Origin: an uncultured Acidobacteriota bacterium
GTDB lineage: Bacteria > Acidobacteriota > Thermoanaerobaculia > Thermoanaerobaculales > Thermoanaerobaculaceae
Assembly (NCBI GenBank): GCA_963789745.1
Contig: CAWBLW010000010.1
Coordinates: 69,984-133,983, forward strand
Reading direction: 5' to 3'
DNA: 64,000 nucleotides
The position numbers and the translations under genes were made by a program. Numbering within the stretch: the stretch's first letter is position 1; each line of letters opens with the position of its first letter. Shown here in pieces: positions 29,941-38,724 of this stretch. The notes below the pieces were generated by a model, which worked only from the letters and a program-made list of their open reading frames with translations, had not been told where the DNA came from and did not search any database.

Positions 29941-31248
29941 TTAAGAGTAGCATCCTGCGGCGTTTCCCTCACGCCCGGGAGGATTTCGCCGAGGCGCACA
30001 CGCGGTCGCGCCCCCCCGCTTGGCGCGGTAGAGGGCGTCGTCGGCCGCCTTGACGACCTCCTCCGGCGAGGTGAGGCGCCCTGCCCGATCGGCGACCCCG
30101 ATGCTGACGGTGACCGCGATCTTCCTGTCCGGTTCCCGCTTCGTCGTGACGCGCTTGGGTTTGCGGGCCGGGCGGTCGGGCGCGCGCAGCACGAAACCGC
30201 TCGCGGCCACCGCGGCGCGCAGCGACTCCAGTTCGGCCATCACCTCCTTGGCCTGCCGTTTGGCGAAGACGATGGCGAACTCCTCGCCGCCGATGCGGTA
30301 CGCGCGCCCTCCGCTGCGGGCGGCCTCCAGTCGTGCCGCGACCATCCGCAGCACCTGGTCGCCGATGTCGTGGCCGTACTGGTCGTTGACGGCCTTGAAG
30401 TGGTCGATGTCCACCATCGCGATGGCGTAGCGGCCGGAGAGCTTGCCGACAGCCTCGTCGAACGCGCGCCGGCTCGGGAGCGACGTGAGACCGTCGCGGA
30501 AGGCCATGGCGAGCGTGGTCTCGAGCAGCGCGACGACCAGGATCAATCCGGCGGTCGCGAGGTACAGCGTTGTGAAGCGGGTAACGGCGAGACCAAGGAA
30601 CGATGCGAGGACCGCCCAGGCGAAGCCGGCGTCGAGCGTCGTGCGGCGCAGCGCCCAGACCAGGGTTACGGTCACGAGTGCAACGGCGTAGGCGAGCAAC
30701 GCCGGGTGAGCGACCCCACCCTCCGGCGAGGCCCGGCCGGGGAGGAAACGGCTCTCCAGCAGAGCCACGAGGCGGGGTTGGTACGACAGCCAGACGAACG
30801 CCGCAACCGCCGGCTGCAGCGCCAGCGCCCCCAGGCGGAGAAGGCCGGGTGCGGTGAACGTGCCGCGCTCGCGCACCACGGCGAGGCACGCGAGGTCGAG
30901 AGGCAACAGGAACGCCGCGGCGTTGAGCGCGTAGCGGCCGACCTCGAACCCGGCGGCGCCCGGACCGAAGCGGGCGAGCAGGAGATCGGTGACGGCCAGG
31001 GCGAGCATGGCGAGCACGACCCGGCCGCGCCGGAACCAGAGCCCGAGGATGACTCCGGCGGCCACCACGATCCCAGGGTAGACGCGCAGGAACGCGGTCA
31101 ACTCCTCCGGAAGCCGCCCGGCGGCGTGCGCCGCCAGCGCCGTGAGCGCCAGCAGGCACGCCGGCACGATCACCGTGGGGACCACCCTCACGCTGGTACG
31201 CCCGCCTTTCCCCGTCACCGCGAGGATACGCCGGCGCCGCGCCGTCAT
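29941..31248 (-). CDS. membrane-bound diguanylate cyclase (GGDEF domain); 3' end possibly frameshifted at a G7 run
   Basis: ATG at 31248 (MTARRRRILAV...). Multiple TM helices precede the GGDEF domain: RDGLTSLPSRRAF, IAMVDIDHFKAVNDQYGHDIGD, YRIGGEEFAIVF. The canonical ending YRAKRGG-RDRV is readable only in the adjacent frame, after the homopolymer at 30011-30017. Confidence 0.8.
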   Translation of the reverse strand: MTARRRRILAVTGKGGRTSVRVVPTVIVPACLLALTALAAHAAGRLPEELTAFLRVYPGIVVAAGVILGLWFRRGRVVLAMLALAVTDLLLARFGPGAAGFEVGRYALNAAAFLLPLDLACLAVVRERGTFTAPGLLRLGALALQPAVAAFVWLSYQPRLVALLESRFLPGRASPEGGVAHPALLAYAVALVTVTLVWALRRTTLDAGFAWAVLASFLGLAVTRFTTLYLATAGLILVVALLETTLAMAFRDGLTSLPSRRAFDEAVGKLSGRYAIAMVDIDHFKAVNDQYGHDIGDQVLRMVAARLEAARSGGRAYRIGGEEFAIVFAKRQAKEVMAELESLRAAVAASGFVLRAPDRPARKPKRVTTKREPDRKIAVTVSIGVADRAGRLTSPEEVVKAADDALYRAKRGGATACAPRRNPPGREGNAAGCYS

Positions 31249-31290
31249 CGTCAGGATCTGGTACCGTGTCGCGACGTCTGGGGGAACTGC

Positions 31291-32967
31291 ATGCGACACA
31301 TAGCTCGTTGTGCGGCAATCACGGCGGCCATCGCGGCCGCGGGCGTGGCACTGGCGGCGCCGCCGGCGCTGACGCTGCCGGCGGGGGCGGAACAGGCCGC
31401 AAAGGTCATCGACCGGGCGAGCCTCGCCGGTCCGGTGCGCTTTCTGGCGGACGACCTGCTCGAGGGGCGGGCGCCGTCGCACCGCGGCGACGCGCTCGCC
31501 AACCTTTACGTGGCGAGCGTCATGGAGTCGCTGGGGTTGCAGCCGGGGGGGCCGGGGGGCAGCTGGGAGCAGCGCTTCCCGCTCGTAGGAATCACCACCA
31601 AGGCCCCCGACGCCTGGACGTTCCGCGCCGGCGGCAACGACGTCGCGCTCAAGTTCTGGCAGGACTACATCGCCGCCTCCGGCGTTCAGGCCCCGGCTGC
31701 GGCGATCACCGACGCCCCGCTTGTCTTCGTCGGGTACGGCATCCAGGCGCCCGAGTACGGCTGGGACGACTTCAAGGGGGCGGACCTCAAGGGCAAGGTT
31801 CTGCTGATGTTGAACAACGACCCGGATTGGGACCCCGCCCTGTTCGGGGGCGCTCGCCGGCTGTACTACGGGCGTTGGTCGTACAAGTACGAGAGCGCTG
31901 CCCGCGAGGGCGCCGTCGGCGCGATCATTATCCACACGACGCCATCGGCCGGGTACGGCTGGCAGGTCGTGCAGAACTCATGGACCGGCGAACAGTTCGA
32001 GCTGCCGGCCGGACCTGAGCCCCGCCTGCAGGTGCGCGCCTGGACCACCGAGGACGCGACCCGTCGGCTGCTCGCAGCCGCCGGCCTCGACCTCGACCGC
32101 CTCATCGCGCAGGCGCGCAGCCGCGACTTCAAGCCGGTGGACCTCGGCATCCGCACGTCGCTCGCGCTCGCCAACACCCTGACGCACGGGGAGACCGCGA
32201 ACGTGCTCGGACTCATCCCCGGAAGCGATCCCGCCTTGAAGGATGAGGTCGTCATCTTCTCCGCCCACCACGACCACCTGGGCATCGGGAAGCCCGACGC
32301 GAGCGGGGACACGATCTACAACGGCGCCGTGGACAACGCCAGCGGGGTGGCGCAGGTGCTCGCCATCGCCAAAGCGTTCATGGCGCTGCCGGAGCGGCCG
32401 CGGCGGTCGGTACTGTTCGCCATCGTGAGCTGCGAGGAGTCGGGGCTGCTCGGGTCCGCGTACTACGCCGCCCACCCCACGTTCGCGCCGGGGAAGATCG
32501 CGGCGGACATCAACTTCGACGCGGGCAACATCTTCGGCAGGACGCGCGACGTCGCCCTCGTCGGCAAGGGCAAGTCCACGCTCGACGCGGTGGTCGAGGC
32601 GGCGGCCGCTCTGCAAGGGCGCGTGGTCACCGACGAGTCGTTCCCCGACCGCGGCGCCTACTACCGCTCCGACCAGTTCAGCTTCGCCAGGATCGGCGTG
32701 CCCGGGCTCTACTTCAGGGGCGGCCTCGACTACGTCGGGCGCGAGCGCGGTTGGGGGGAGAGGGTCAACGACGAGTGGCTGAAGGCCCACTACCATCAGC
32801 CGAGCGACGAGTTCTCCGAGAGCTGGAACTTCGACGGGATGATCGAGGACACTCAACTCGGCTTCCTCGCCGGCCTCAGCGTGGCGCAGGCGAACGCGAT
32901 GCCGGCGTGGCTGCCGGGGGACGAGTTCGCGAAGCTCCGCGCGCCGGCGCCGGGCGGGAGCAAGTAG
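31291..32967 (+). CDS. secreted M28-family aminopeptidase with PA domain
   Basis: ATG at 31291 follows GGGGGAA and gives a signal peptide (MRHIARCAAITAAIAAAGVALAAP). Zn ligand regions are FSAHHDHLG, YNGAVDNASGVA and SCEESGLLGS, plus HYHQPSDE. Confidence 0.85.
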   Translation: MRHIARCAAITAAIAAAGVALAAPPALTLPAGAEQAAKVIDRASLAGPVRFLADDLLEGRAPSHRGDALANLYVASVMESLGLQPGGPGGSWEQRFPLVGITTKAPDAWTFRAGGNDVALKFWQDYIAASGVQAPAAAITDAPLVFVGYGIQAPEYGWDDFKGADLKGKVLLMLNNDPDWDPALFGGARRLYYGRWSYKYESAAREGAVGAIIIHTTPSAGYGWQVVQNSWTGEQFELPAGPEPRLQVRAWTTEDATRRLLAAAGLDLDRLIAQARSRDFKPVDLGIRTSLALANTLTHGETANVLGLIPGSDPALKDEVVIFSAHHDHLGIGKPDASGDTIYNGAVDNASGVAQVLAIAKAFMALPERPRRSVLFAIVSCEESGLLGSAYYAAHPTFAPGKIAADINFDAGNIFGRTRDVALVGKGKSTLDAVVEAAAALQGRVVTDESFPDRGAYYRSDQFSFARIGVPGLYFRGGLDYVGRERGWGERVNDEWLKAHYHQPSDEFSESWNFDGMIEDTQLGFLAGLSVAQANAMPAWLPGDEFAKLRAPAPGGSK

Positions 32968-33015
32968 CTGCCGCGACGCGACAGCCGGGTGCTGCAAGGA
33001 GGGAGGAGGGCGACG

Positions 33016-33345
33016 ATGAACCACGCGATGACCACGACGACGTTCGAGATCCCGGGCAGCCGGGTCGTGCGCAACCTCGGGGTGGTGCGCGGGATCACCG
33101 TTCGCTCGCGCTCGATCTTCGGCACGATCGGCGGGTCGCTGCAGACCCTCGTGGGCGGCAACATCTCGCTCTTCACCGAGCTGTGCGAGAAGACCCGCGC
33201 CGAGGCGTTCGACATGATGGTCAGACATGCGGAGCAAGTCGGCGCCAACGCCGTGGTCGGCATCCGCTACGACGCGACCGAGGTGATGCAGGGCGTGACC
33301 GAAATGGTCTGCTACGGGACCGCGGTCGTTGTCCAGCCGGCGTGA
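33016..33345 (+). CDS. ybjQ: YbjQ-family (UPF0145) protein
   Basis: RBS GGGAGGAGGG precedes ATG at 33016. The product includes MNHAMTTTTFEIPGSRVVRNLGVVRGITVRSRSIFG...ANAVVGIRYDATEV...YGTAVVV. Confidence 0.85.
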   Translation: MNHAMTTTTFEIPGSRVVRNLGVVRGITVRSRSIFGTIGGSLQTLVGGNISLFTELCEKTRAEAFDMMVRHAEQVGANAVVGIRYDATEVMQGVTEMVCYGTAVVVQPA

Positions 33346-33505
33346 GCCGGCCGCGCGCCGCGGTCGGGGCGTTCCACCTCGAGGGTTCGGATCTCATCGC
33401 CCGGCCACCCTCGTGCCCAGGCGCGAGGGCGGCAGCCGGCTGACCGTCCCCACACACGCCTCCGACCTCGCCGTTCCGGAGGGGTGAGCGAACGCCGCAG
33501 CCGGC

Positions 33506-34753
33506 TCAACCCTCGTCGATCGCGAGAACGGCAGCGATCGCGTCGAGATCGGGCGGAACCGGATCGGGGATGCGGATCCGGCGCGAGGCGGCGGCGATGT
33601 CCTTGAGGCCGGTCCCGGTGAGGAGCAGCACCGCGCGATCGTCGCGCGCCACCAACCCCTCGTCGAGGGCGGCGAGCAAGCCGGCCAGCGCCGCGGCCGC
33701 GGCCGGCTCGCAGAAGACGCCCGTGGTGCCGGCGAGCAACGGGATCGCGTCGAGGATCGCTGAGTCGCTCACGATCACCCCGGAGCCGCCGGAGGCGCGT
33801 ACCGCCGCGAGCGCCATGACCGCGTTGCGCGGCGCGCCGACCACGAGCGAATCGGCGACGCTGGCGGCGTCCGGCACCGGCGTGATCTCGGTCGCGCCGG
33901 CGCGCAGCGCCCGTGCGAGCGCGGCGGAGCCCTCCGGCTGGACGACGAGCAAGCGCGGCGCGCGCCGCAGCAGTCGGCACCGCACGAGGTCGGCGAAACC
34001 CTTTGCGACGCCCGCCACGATGACGCCGTCCCCGGCCGGGACGATCACGACGTCGGGCCACTCCGGTGCGAGGTCGGCCGCGACCTCGATCGCCGCGGTC
34101 TTCTTCCCCTCGATCGTGAACGGGTTGAACGCGGTGTTGCGGTTGTACCAGCCGAAGCGCTCGCAGGCGGCGAGCGAAAGCTCGAACGCGTCGTCGTAAC
34201 TCCCGGCCACCGGCACGACGCGCGCCCCGTAACTCGCCATCTGCACGAGCTTGGCGGGCGGGGCCGCGGCCGGCACGAAGACGACGGCGCGCACGCCCGC
34301 GGCTGCAGCGACCGCGGCGAGCGCCGAGGCGGCGTTGCCGGTCGAGGCGGTGGCGATGGTGCCGTACCCGTACTCGACGGCCTTGGCGACGACCAGGAGC
34401 GAGGCGCGGTCCTTGGTGGAGCCGGAGGGGTTGCGGGTGTCGTCCTTGGCCCACAGCCGCGGCATCCCGAGCCGGCGCCGCAGCTGCGGCACCGGGAGCA
34501 GCGGCGTGCCGCCGACCCTGAGCGCGGGTAGAGAGACCGGCGACGCGATCGGCAGGAACGCCGTCAGCGCGCCGGGGTCGTTGACGCGGGCCTCCGGCCA
34601 GCGCGCCGGCAGCTCGTCGATCTCGACCCGGAGCACGCCGCGCGTCACGCCGCCGGGACGCTGCTGCCGGGTGCAGACGGGACAGACGTAGCGCACCTCG
34701 CCCTCGGGGTAGCGCGCCCCGCACTCGCCGCAGACGAAGGTGAAGGTCGCCAT
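33506..34753 (-). CDS. threonine-synthase-like fold-type-II PLP enzyme with N-terminal zinc ribbon
   Basis: ATG at 34753 gives MATFTFVCGECGARYPEGEVRYVCPVC (a Cys4 ribbon), then the PLP-lysine region NPSGSTKDRAS and a glycine-rich loop (VPAGDGVIVAG). Confidence 0.75.
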   Translation of the reverse strand: MATFTFVCGECGARYPEGEVRYVCPVCTRQQRPGGVTRGVLRVEIDELPARWPEARVNDPGALTAFLPIASPVSLPALRVGGTPLLPVPQLRRRLGMPRLWAKDDTRNPSGSTKDRASLLVVAKAVEYGYGTIATASTGNAASALAAVAAAAGVRAVVFVPAAAPPAKLVQMASYGARVVPVAGSYDDAFELSLAACERFGWYNRNTAFNPFTIEGKKTAAIEVAADLAPEWPDVVIVPAGDGVIVAGVAKGFADLVRCRLLRRAPRLLVVQPEGSAALARALRAGATEITPVPDAASVADSLVVGAPRNAVMALAAVRASGGSGVIVSDSAILDAIPLLAGTTGVFCEPAAAAALAGLLAALDEGLVARDDRAVLLLTGTGLKDIAAASRRIRIPDPVPPDLDAIAAVLAIDEG

Positions 34754-34861
34754 CGGGTTCCCGTGGGGCGGGCGCCCTCGCCGACCCCGCTTCTGTGGGG
34801 CGGGCGCCCTCGCCCGCCCACCTCTATTCTCTCCGCGCGGCCGGGGGCGGCCGCGCCACAC

Positions 34862-35839
34862 TCACATGGTCAGCGCCATCAGCGCCTTCTGCACGTGCAG
34901 CCGGTTCTCCGCCTCATCGTAGACCACCGACTGCGGCCCGTCGATCACCTCGTCGGTGACCTCGCGGCCGCGGTCGGCCGGGAGCGGGTGCATGTAGATC
35001 ATGCGCTTCTTGCCGAGGGCCATGTGCGCAGCGTCGCAGCGCCACGCGGGGTACTTCTCGATCAGCCCCAACCCCTCCTTCTTGTCGGTGGTGTGCATGA
35101 GCGGGCCCCACGACTTCGGGATCACGATGTCGGCGTCGGCAAACGCCGCCTCGAAGTCGTCCACGATCTCGAACTTGGCTCCCGCCGCGGCGGCGTTGGC
35201 CCGTGCCTGGTCCTCGATCTCGGGCATGAGCCTGAACTCGGGGGGGCAGGCGAACGTGACGTCGAGGCCGAAGCGCGGCATCATCAGGATGAGGCTCTGC
35301 GGCACGGAGATCGGGCGGATGTAGTTGGGCGCCGAGGTCCACGCCACGCCGATCTTGAGGCCGCGGGTATTGGCCCCGAACTTCTCCCGGATGGTCATGT
35401 AGTCGGCCATGATCTGGCACGGGTGGTAGACGTCGCACTGCATGTTGAGGACCGGGACCGTGGACCAGCGCGCGACCTCGCGCAGGTACGGGTTCCCCTC
35501 GCGGAACGCGCAGTGGCGGATCGCGATCCCATCGCCGTAGCGCGACAGCACCGAGGCGGTGTCCTTCGCGTTCTCCCCGTGCGAGATCTGCATCTTGTCG
35601 GGGGAGAGGAAGATCCCGTGGCCGCCGAGCTGCGTGATCCCGGTCTCGAACGAGTTGCGCGTCCGCGTCGAGGAGTCGAAGAAGATCATGTAGAGCGTCT
35701 TGTCCTCGAGCAACCGCATCCTCTTGCCGGCGGCCTTGGCGACCTTGAGGTCGCGAGCCAGCTCGAGCACGGTCTCGAGCTCGTCGGTGGTCCAATCCTG
35801 CGTGGTGATGAAGTGTTTGCCCCTGAGTTTGGTCTGCAT
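34862..35839 (-). CDS. ygeW: YgeW-like (knotted) carbamoyltransferase
   Basis: ATG at 35839. Motifs are FDSSTRTRNSFE, QISHGENAKDTA, NMQCDVYHPCQIMADY, IGVAWTSAPNYIRPISVPQSLILMMPRFGLDVTF, DADIVIPKSWGP and YMHPLPADRG. These align block for block with E. coli YgeW as I remember it. Confidence 0.75.
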   Translation of the reverse strand: MQTKLRGKHFITTQDWTTDELETVLELARDLKVAKAAGKRMRLLEDKTLYMIFFDSSTRTRNSFETGITQLGGHGIFLSPDKMQISHGENAKDTASVLSRYGDGIAIRHCAFREGNPYLREVARWSTVPVLNMQCDVYHPCQIMADYMTIREKFGANTRGLKIGVAWTSAPNYIRPISVPQSLILMMPRFGLDVTFACPPEFRLMPEIEDQARANAAAAGAKFEIVDDFEAAFADADIVIPKSWGPLMHTTDKKEGLGLIEKYPAWRCDAAHMALGKKRMIYMHPLPADRGREVTDEVIDGPQSVVYDEAENRLHVQKALMALTM

Positions 35840-35926
35840 GTGCGCTCCCGAAGAGTCAAAAGTCAAAAAGCCGAAGGTCGAGACTGTCAATCGACAGCGT
35901 GCGGCTGACAGCCACGAGACGAAAAG

Positions 35927-37150
35927 CTACGAGCCGAGGGGCGGCGTCTTCAGGCGCTGCGCCAGCTCCTCGGGGATGAGCGAGTACACCGCTGTGGCCG
36001 TGACCAGGTCCGCGACCTCGACCCACTCGTCGGTGGTGTGGGCGAGCTCCTCACGGCCCGGCGCGAAACCAACCGTCGGAATCCCGAGCCGCCCCATCGT
36101 CGCCACGCCGTTGGTGGAAAATACCCAGCGCGAGATCCCCGGCGCGCGCCCGAGCACGGCCCGCGCGGAGGCCGCCACCCCCTGCACGAGCGGGTGCGCC
36201 TCGGGGACGACCCAGGTGGGGAAGATCTGCTCCTGGCGGGCGGGCTCGCCGGTCCACGCCTGGCCCTCCCAGGAGAGGACGCGCACCTCGGCGTCGCCGA
36301 GGTGCGGCAGCGCGCGGATCTCCTCCAGCGCGCTCTCGGGCGACTCGCCGGCGGTGAGGCGGCGGTCGAGCACGATCCGCGCTTCGTCCGGCACAGCGTT
36401 GAGCGACGCGGTCTTGCAGTCGATGAACGACACAGTGACGGTGCCCTTGCCGAGGAAGTCGTCGGCACGCAGCGTCGCGTTGAGCGCCTCGATGTCGGCG
36501 ACGATCGGCGCCATCTTGTACACCGCGTTGACCCCGCGCTCGCAGTGGGCGCCGTGGGCGGAGACCCCCTTGGTCACGACCTCGACCGACATCCGCCCGC
36601 GGTGGCCGCGGTAGACGTCGAGGTTGGTGGGCTCGCCGAGGATGACGGCGTCCGGCCGTACGCCCTCCGCCTCGATGAGGTGCATAAGGGGATAACCGTC
36701 ACACGACTCCTCCATGACCGACGCCACGAGGACGAGCTGCACGCCGGGGGGCAGGCCGCGCTCCAGCATCAGCTTGGCGCCGTACGCCATGCACGCGACC
36801 GCGGGAAGCTCGTCCACCGCGCCGCGCCCGTGCACCTTGCCGCCCTCGAGCTTCCCGGCAAACGGGTCGTACCGCCACGCCTGCGGGTCGCCGATGCCGA
36901 CGCAGTCGATGTGGCCGTCCATCATGATCACGAGCGGCCCGTCGCCGACGCGGGCGACGACGCTGCCGATGCGGTCGAAGTGGACGTCGGCGAACCCCAA
37001 CGCCTCGTACTCGGCCTTGACGCGCTCGCAGCGCTCGCGCTCGCGGCCGCTCTCTGCCGGGATCGCGATCATCTCGCGCAGGAAGCGCACGATCTGGGTC
37101 TCGTACCGTTTCGCCGCCGCCAACGCTTCTGCACCCCGTAGCGTCGTCAT
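35927..37150 (-). CDS. ygeY: YgeY-family M20 metallohydrolase ('selenium metabolism-linked' hydrolase)
   Basis: 407 aa: IVRFLREMIAIPAESGRE..., MMDGHIDCVG, GRGAVDE, VMEESCDG, GEPTNL...GHRG. This is the M20/ArgE/DapE fold in the YgeY pattern. Its ATG overlaps the upstream gene's stop (ATGA). Confidence 0.8.
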   Translation of the reverse strand: MTTLRGAEALAAAKRYETQIVRFLREMIAIPAESGRERERCERVKAEYEALGFADVHFDRIGSVVARVGDGPLVIMMDGHIDCVGIGDPQAWRYDPFAGKLEGGKVHGRGAVDELPAVACMAYGAKLMLERGLPPGVQLVLVASVMEESCDGYPLMHLIEAEGVRPDAVILGEPTNLDVYRGHRGRMSVEVVTKGVSAHGAHCERGVNAVYKMAPIVADIEALNATLRADDFLGKGTVTVSFIDCKTASLNAVPDEARIVLDRRLTAGESPESALEEIRALPHLGDAEVRVLSWEGQAWTGEPARQEQIFPTWVVPEAHPLVQGVAASARAVLGRAPGISRWVFSTNGVATMGRLGIPTVGFAPGREELAHTTDEWVEVADLVTATAVYSLIPEELAQRLKTPPLGS

Positions 37151-38631
37151 GACCGTGCCTCTTCCCGGACCCCGAGCCCCGAGTCCCGAACCCCGGTGTC
37201 TCTATTGAACGCCTCGATCGCCTCGTCCCACGCCGGCAGCTCGGCCTGCAGGTCGGTCCAGAACGTCGGCGACCACAGCGCGTTGAGCTCCGACACGGTT
37301 TTGCCCTGCTGCTCGACCCAGGTGAAGTACTTGAGGTTGTGGATCGCCTTGCGGTCGGGGTAGGTGAGCTCCTTGACGTGGTCCGTGGTGGCGCCGAGCA
37401 GGTAGCGCTCGAAGTCGATCTCGGCCTGGCGCTCGGTGTACGTCCCCCGCTCGGCCGTCAGCTCGGCGAGACGCGTCTGGTACAGCGCCGCGGAGTCGGT
37501 GAAGCAGGTCACGAGCACGTCGTCGGCGTCCAGCTCGTAATGACGAGCGGTCTTGATCGCCGCCAGCAGGTTGCAGATCGAGGAGATGCCGAGCAGCGGC
37601 AGTTGGTTGACGAGGTCGTAGGCGACGCCGCGGCCGAGCAGCGCCTCTCGCCCCGCCGGCTCGTTGAACACCCGCAGCAGCCGCATCGTCGCCTCGTCGT
37701 CGATCGCCGCGACGAAGTCGGTCGTGCGGACGTTGTGGATCCACGGCACGTGCTTGTCGCCGATCCCCTCGATGCGGTGGCCGCCGAACCCGGACGCCAG
37801 CAGCGTCGGGCATTGCAGCGCCTCGGCCACCGTTGTCGTGCACCCCGGGAACGTGCGCTTGAGGAAGTCGCCGGCGCCCAGCGTGCCGGCGGAGCCGGAG
37901 GCGCCCACCCACGCGGCCAGCCGACCGCGCGGGCCGGCGACGGCGGCGAACGCCTCCTCGGCTGCGGGGCCGGTGACGCCGAAGTGCCAGAGGTAGTTGC
38001 CGAACTCGTCGAACTGGTTGAAGATCACCGCCTGCGGCTGGGTCTTCCGGATCTCCCAGCAGGCGTCGAAGATCTCCTTCACGTTGGACTCGCAACCCGG
38101 CGTCGCGATCACCTCGGCGCCGATCGAGGCGAGCCACTCGAAGCGCTCGCGGCTCATCTCCTCGGGGAGGATCGCCACCGCGTGGCAACCCAGGAGCGCC
38201 GAGTCGAACGCGCCGCCGCGGCAGTAGTTGCCGGTCGAGGGCCACACCGCCTTTTGCGTCACCGGGTCGAACCCTCCCGCGACCAGGCGGGGCACGAGGC
38301 ATCCGAACGCCGCGCCGACCTTGTGCGCGCCGGTCGGGAAGTGGCGCCCGACGAGGCCGACGATGCGGGCCGGCACCCCGGACAGTTCGGGGGGGATCAC
38401 GAGGGCGTTCACCGGGCCGAAGCCGCCGGTCGCCGGGTCGTTGTGCCACGTGATGCGGAAGAGGTTGAGGGGGTCAACGGCCTGCATGTCGATCCCCGGC
38501 AGCCGTTCGGCGATGGCGGCGTCGATCGTTTTCGGGTCGCGCTGCTGGGCGATGGTCGGGATCACGATGCCGCGCTCCCGGCAGCGCTCCACCGCGTGTG
38601 CGCGCGCGCGTCGTTTCGTTTCGTCGGTCAC
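37147..38631 (-). CDS. fold-type-II PLP-dependent enzyme (tryptophan-synthase-beta/cysteine-synthase superfamily)
   Basis: GTG at 38631. 494 aa. The PLP-lysine region is FPTGAHKVGAAFG and the glycine loop is GASGSAGTLG. The last ~17 aa (DTGVRDSGLGVREEARS) are encoded by a CTCGGGG-type heptamer array (37167-37201). Confidence 0.7.
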   Translation of the reverse strand: MTDETKRRARAHAVERCRERGIVIPTIAQQRDPKTIDAAIAERLPGIDMQAVDPLNLFRITWHNDPATGGFGPVNALVIPPELSGVPARIVGLVGRHFPTGAHKVGAAFGCLVPRLVAGGFDPVTQKAVWPSTGNYCRGGAFDSALLGCHAVAILPEEMSRERFEWLASIGAEVIATPGCESNVKEIFDACWEIRKTQPQAVIFNQFDEFGNYLWHFGVTGPAAEEAFAAVAGPRGRLAAWVGASGSAGTLGAGDFLKRTFPGCTTTVAEALQCPTLLASGFGGHRIEGIGDKHVPWIHNVRTTDFVAAIDDEATMRLLRVFNEPAGREALLGRGVAYDLVNQLPLLGISSICNLLAAIKTARHYELDADDVLVTCFTDSAALYQTRLAELTAERGTYTERQAEIDFERYLLGATTDHVKELTYPDRKAIHNLKYFTWVEQQGKTVSELNALWSPTFWTDLQAELPAWDEAIEAFNRDTGVRDSGLGVREEARS

Positions 38632-38724
38632 GTCTGTCGCTCCCGGAGCGCATTGTATCGGTTTTGCCGCGTTCGGGCACGACGAGTCTCAAACTAAACA
38701 CAGGCATTCCGGGACCGCTCCCGG

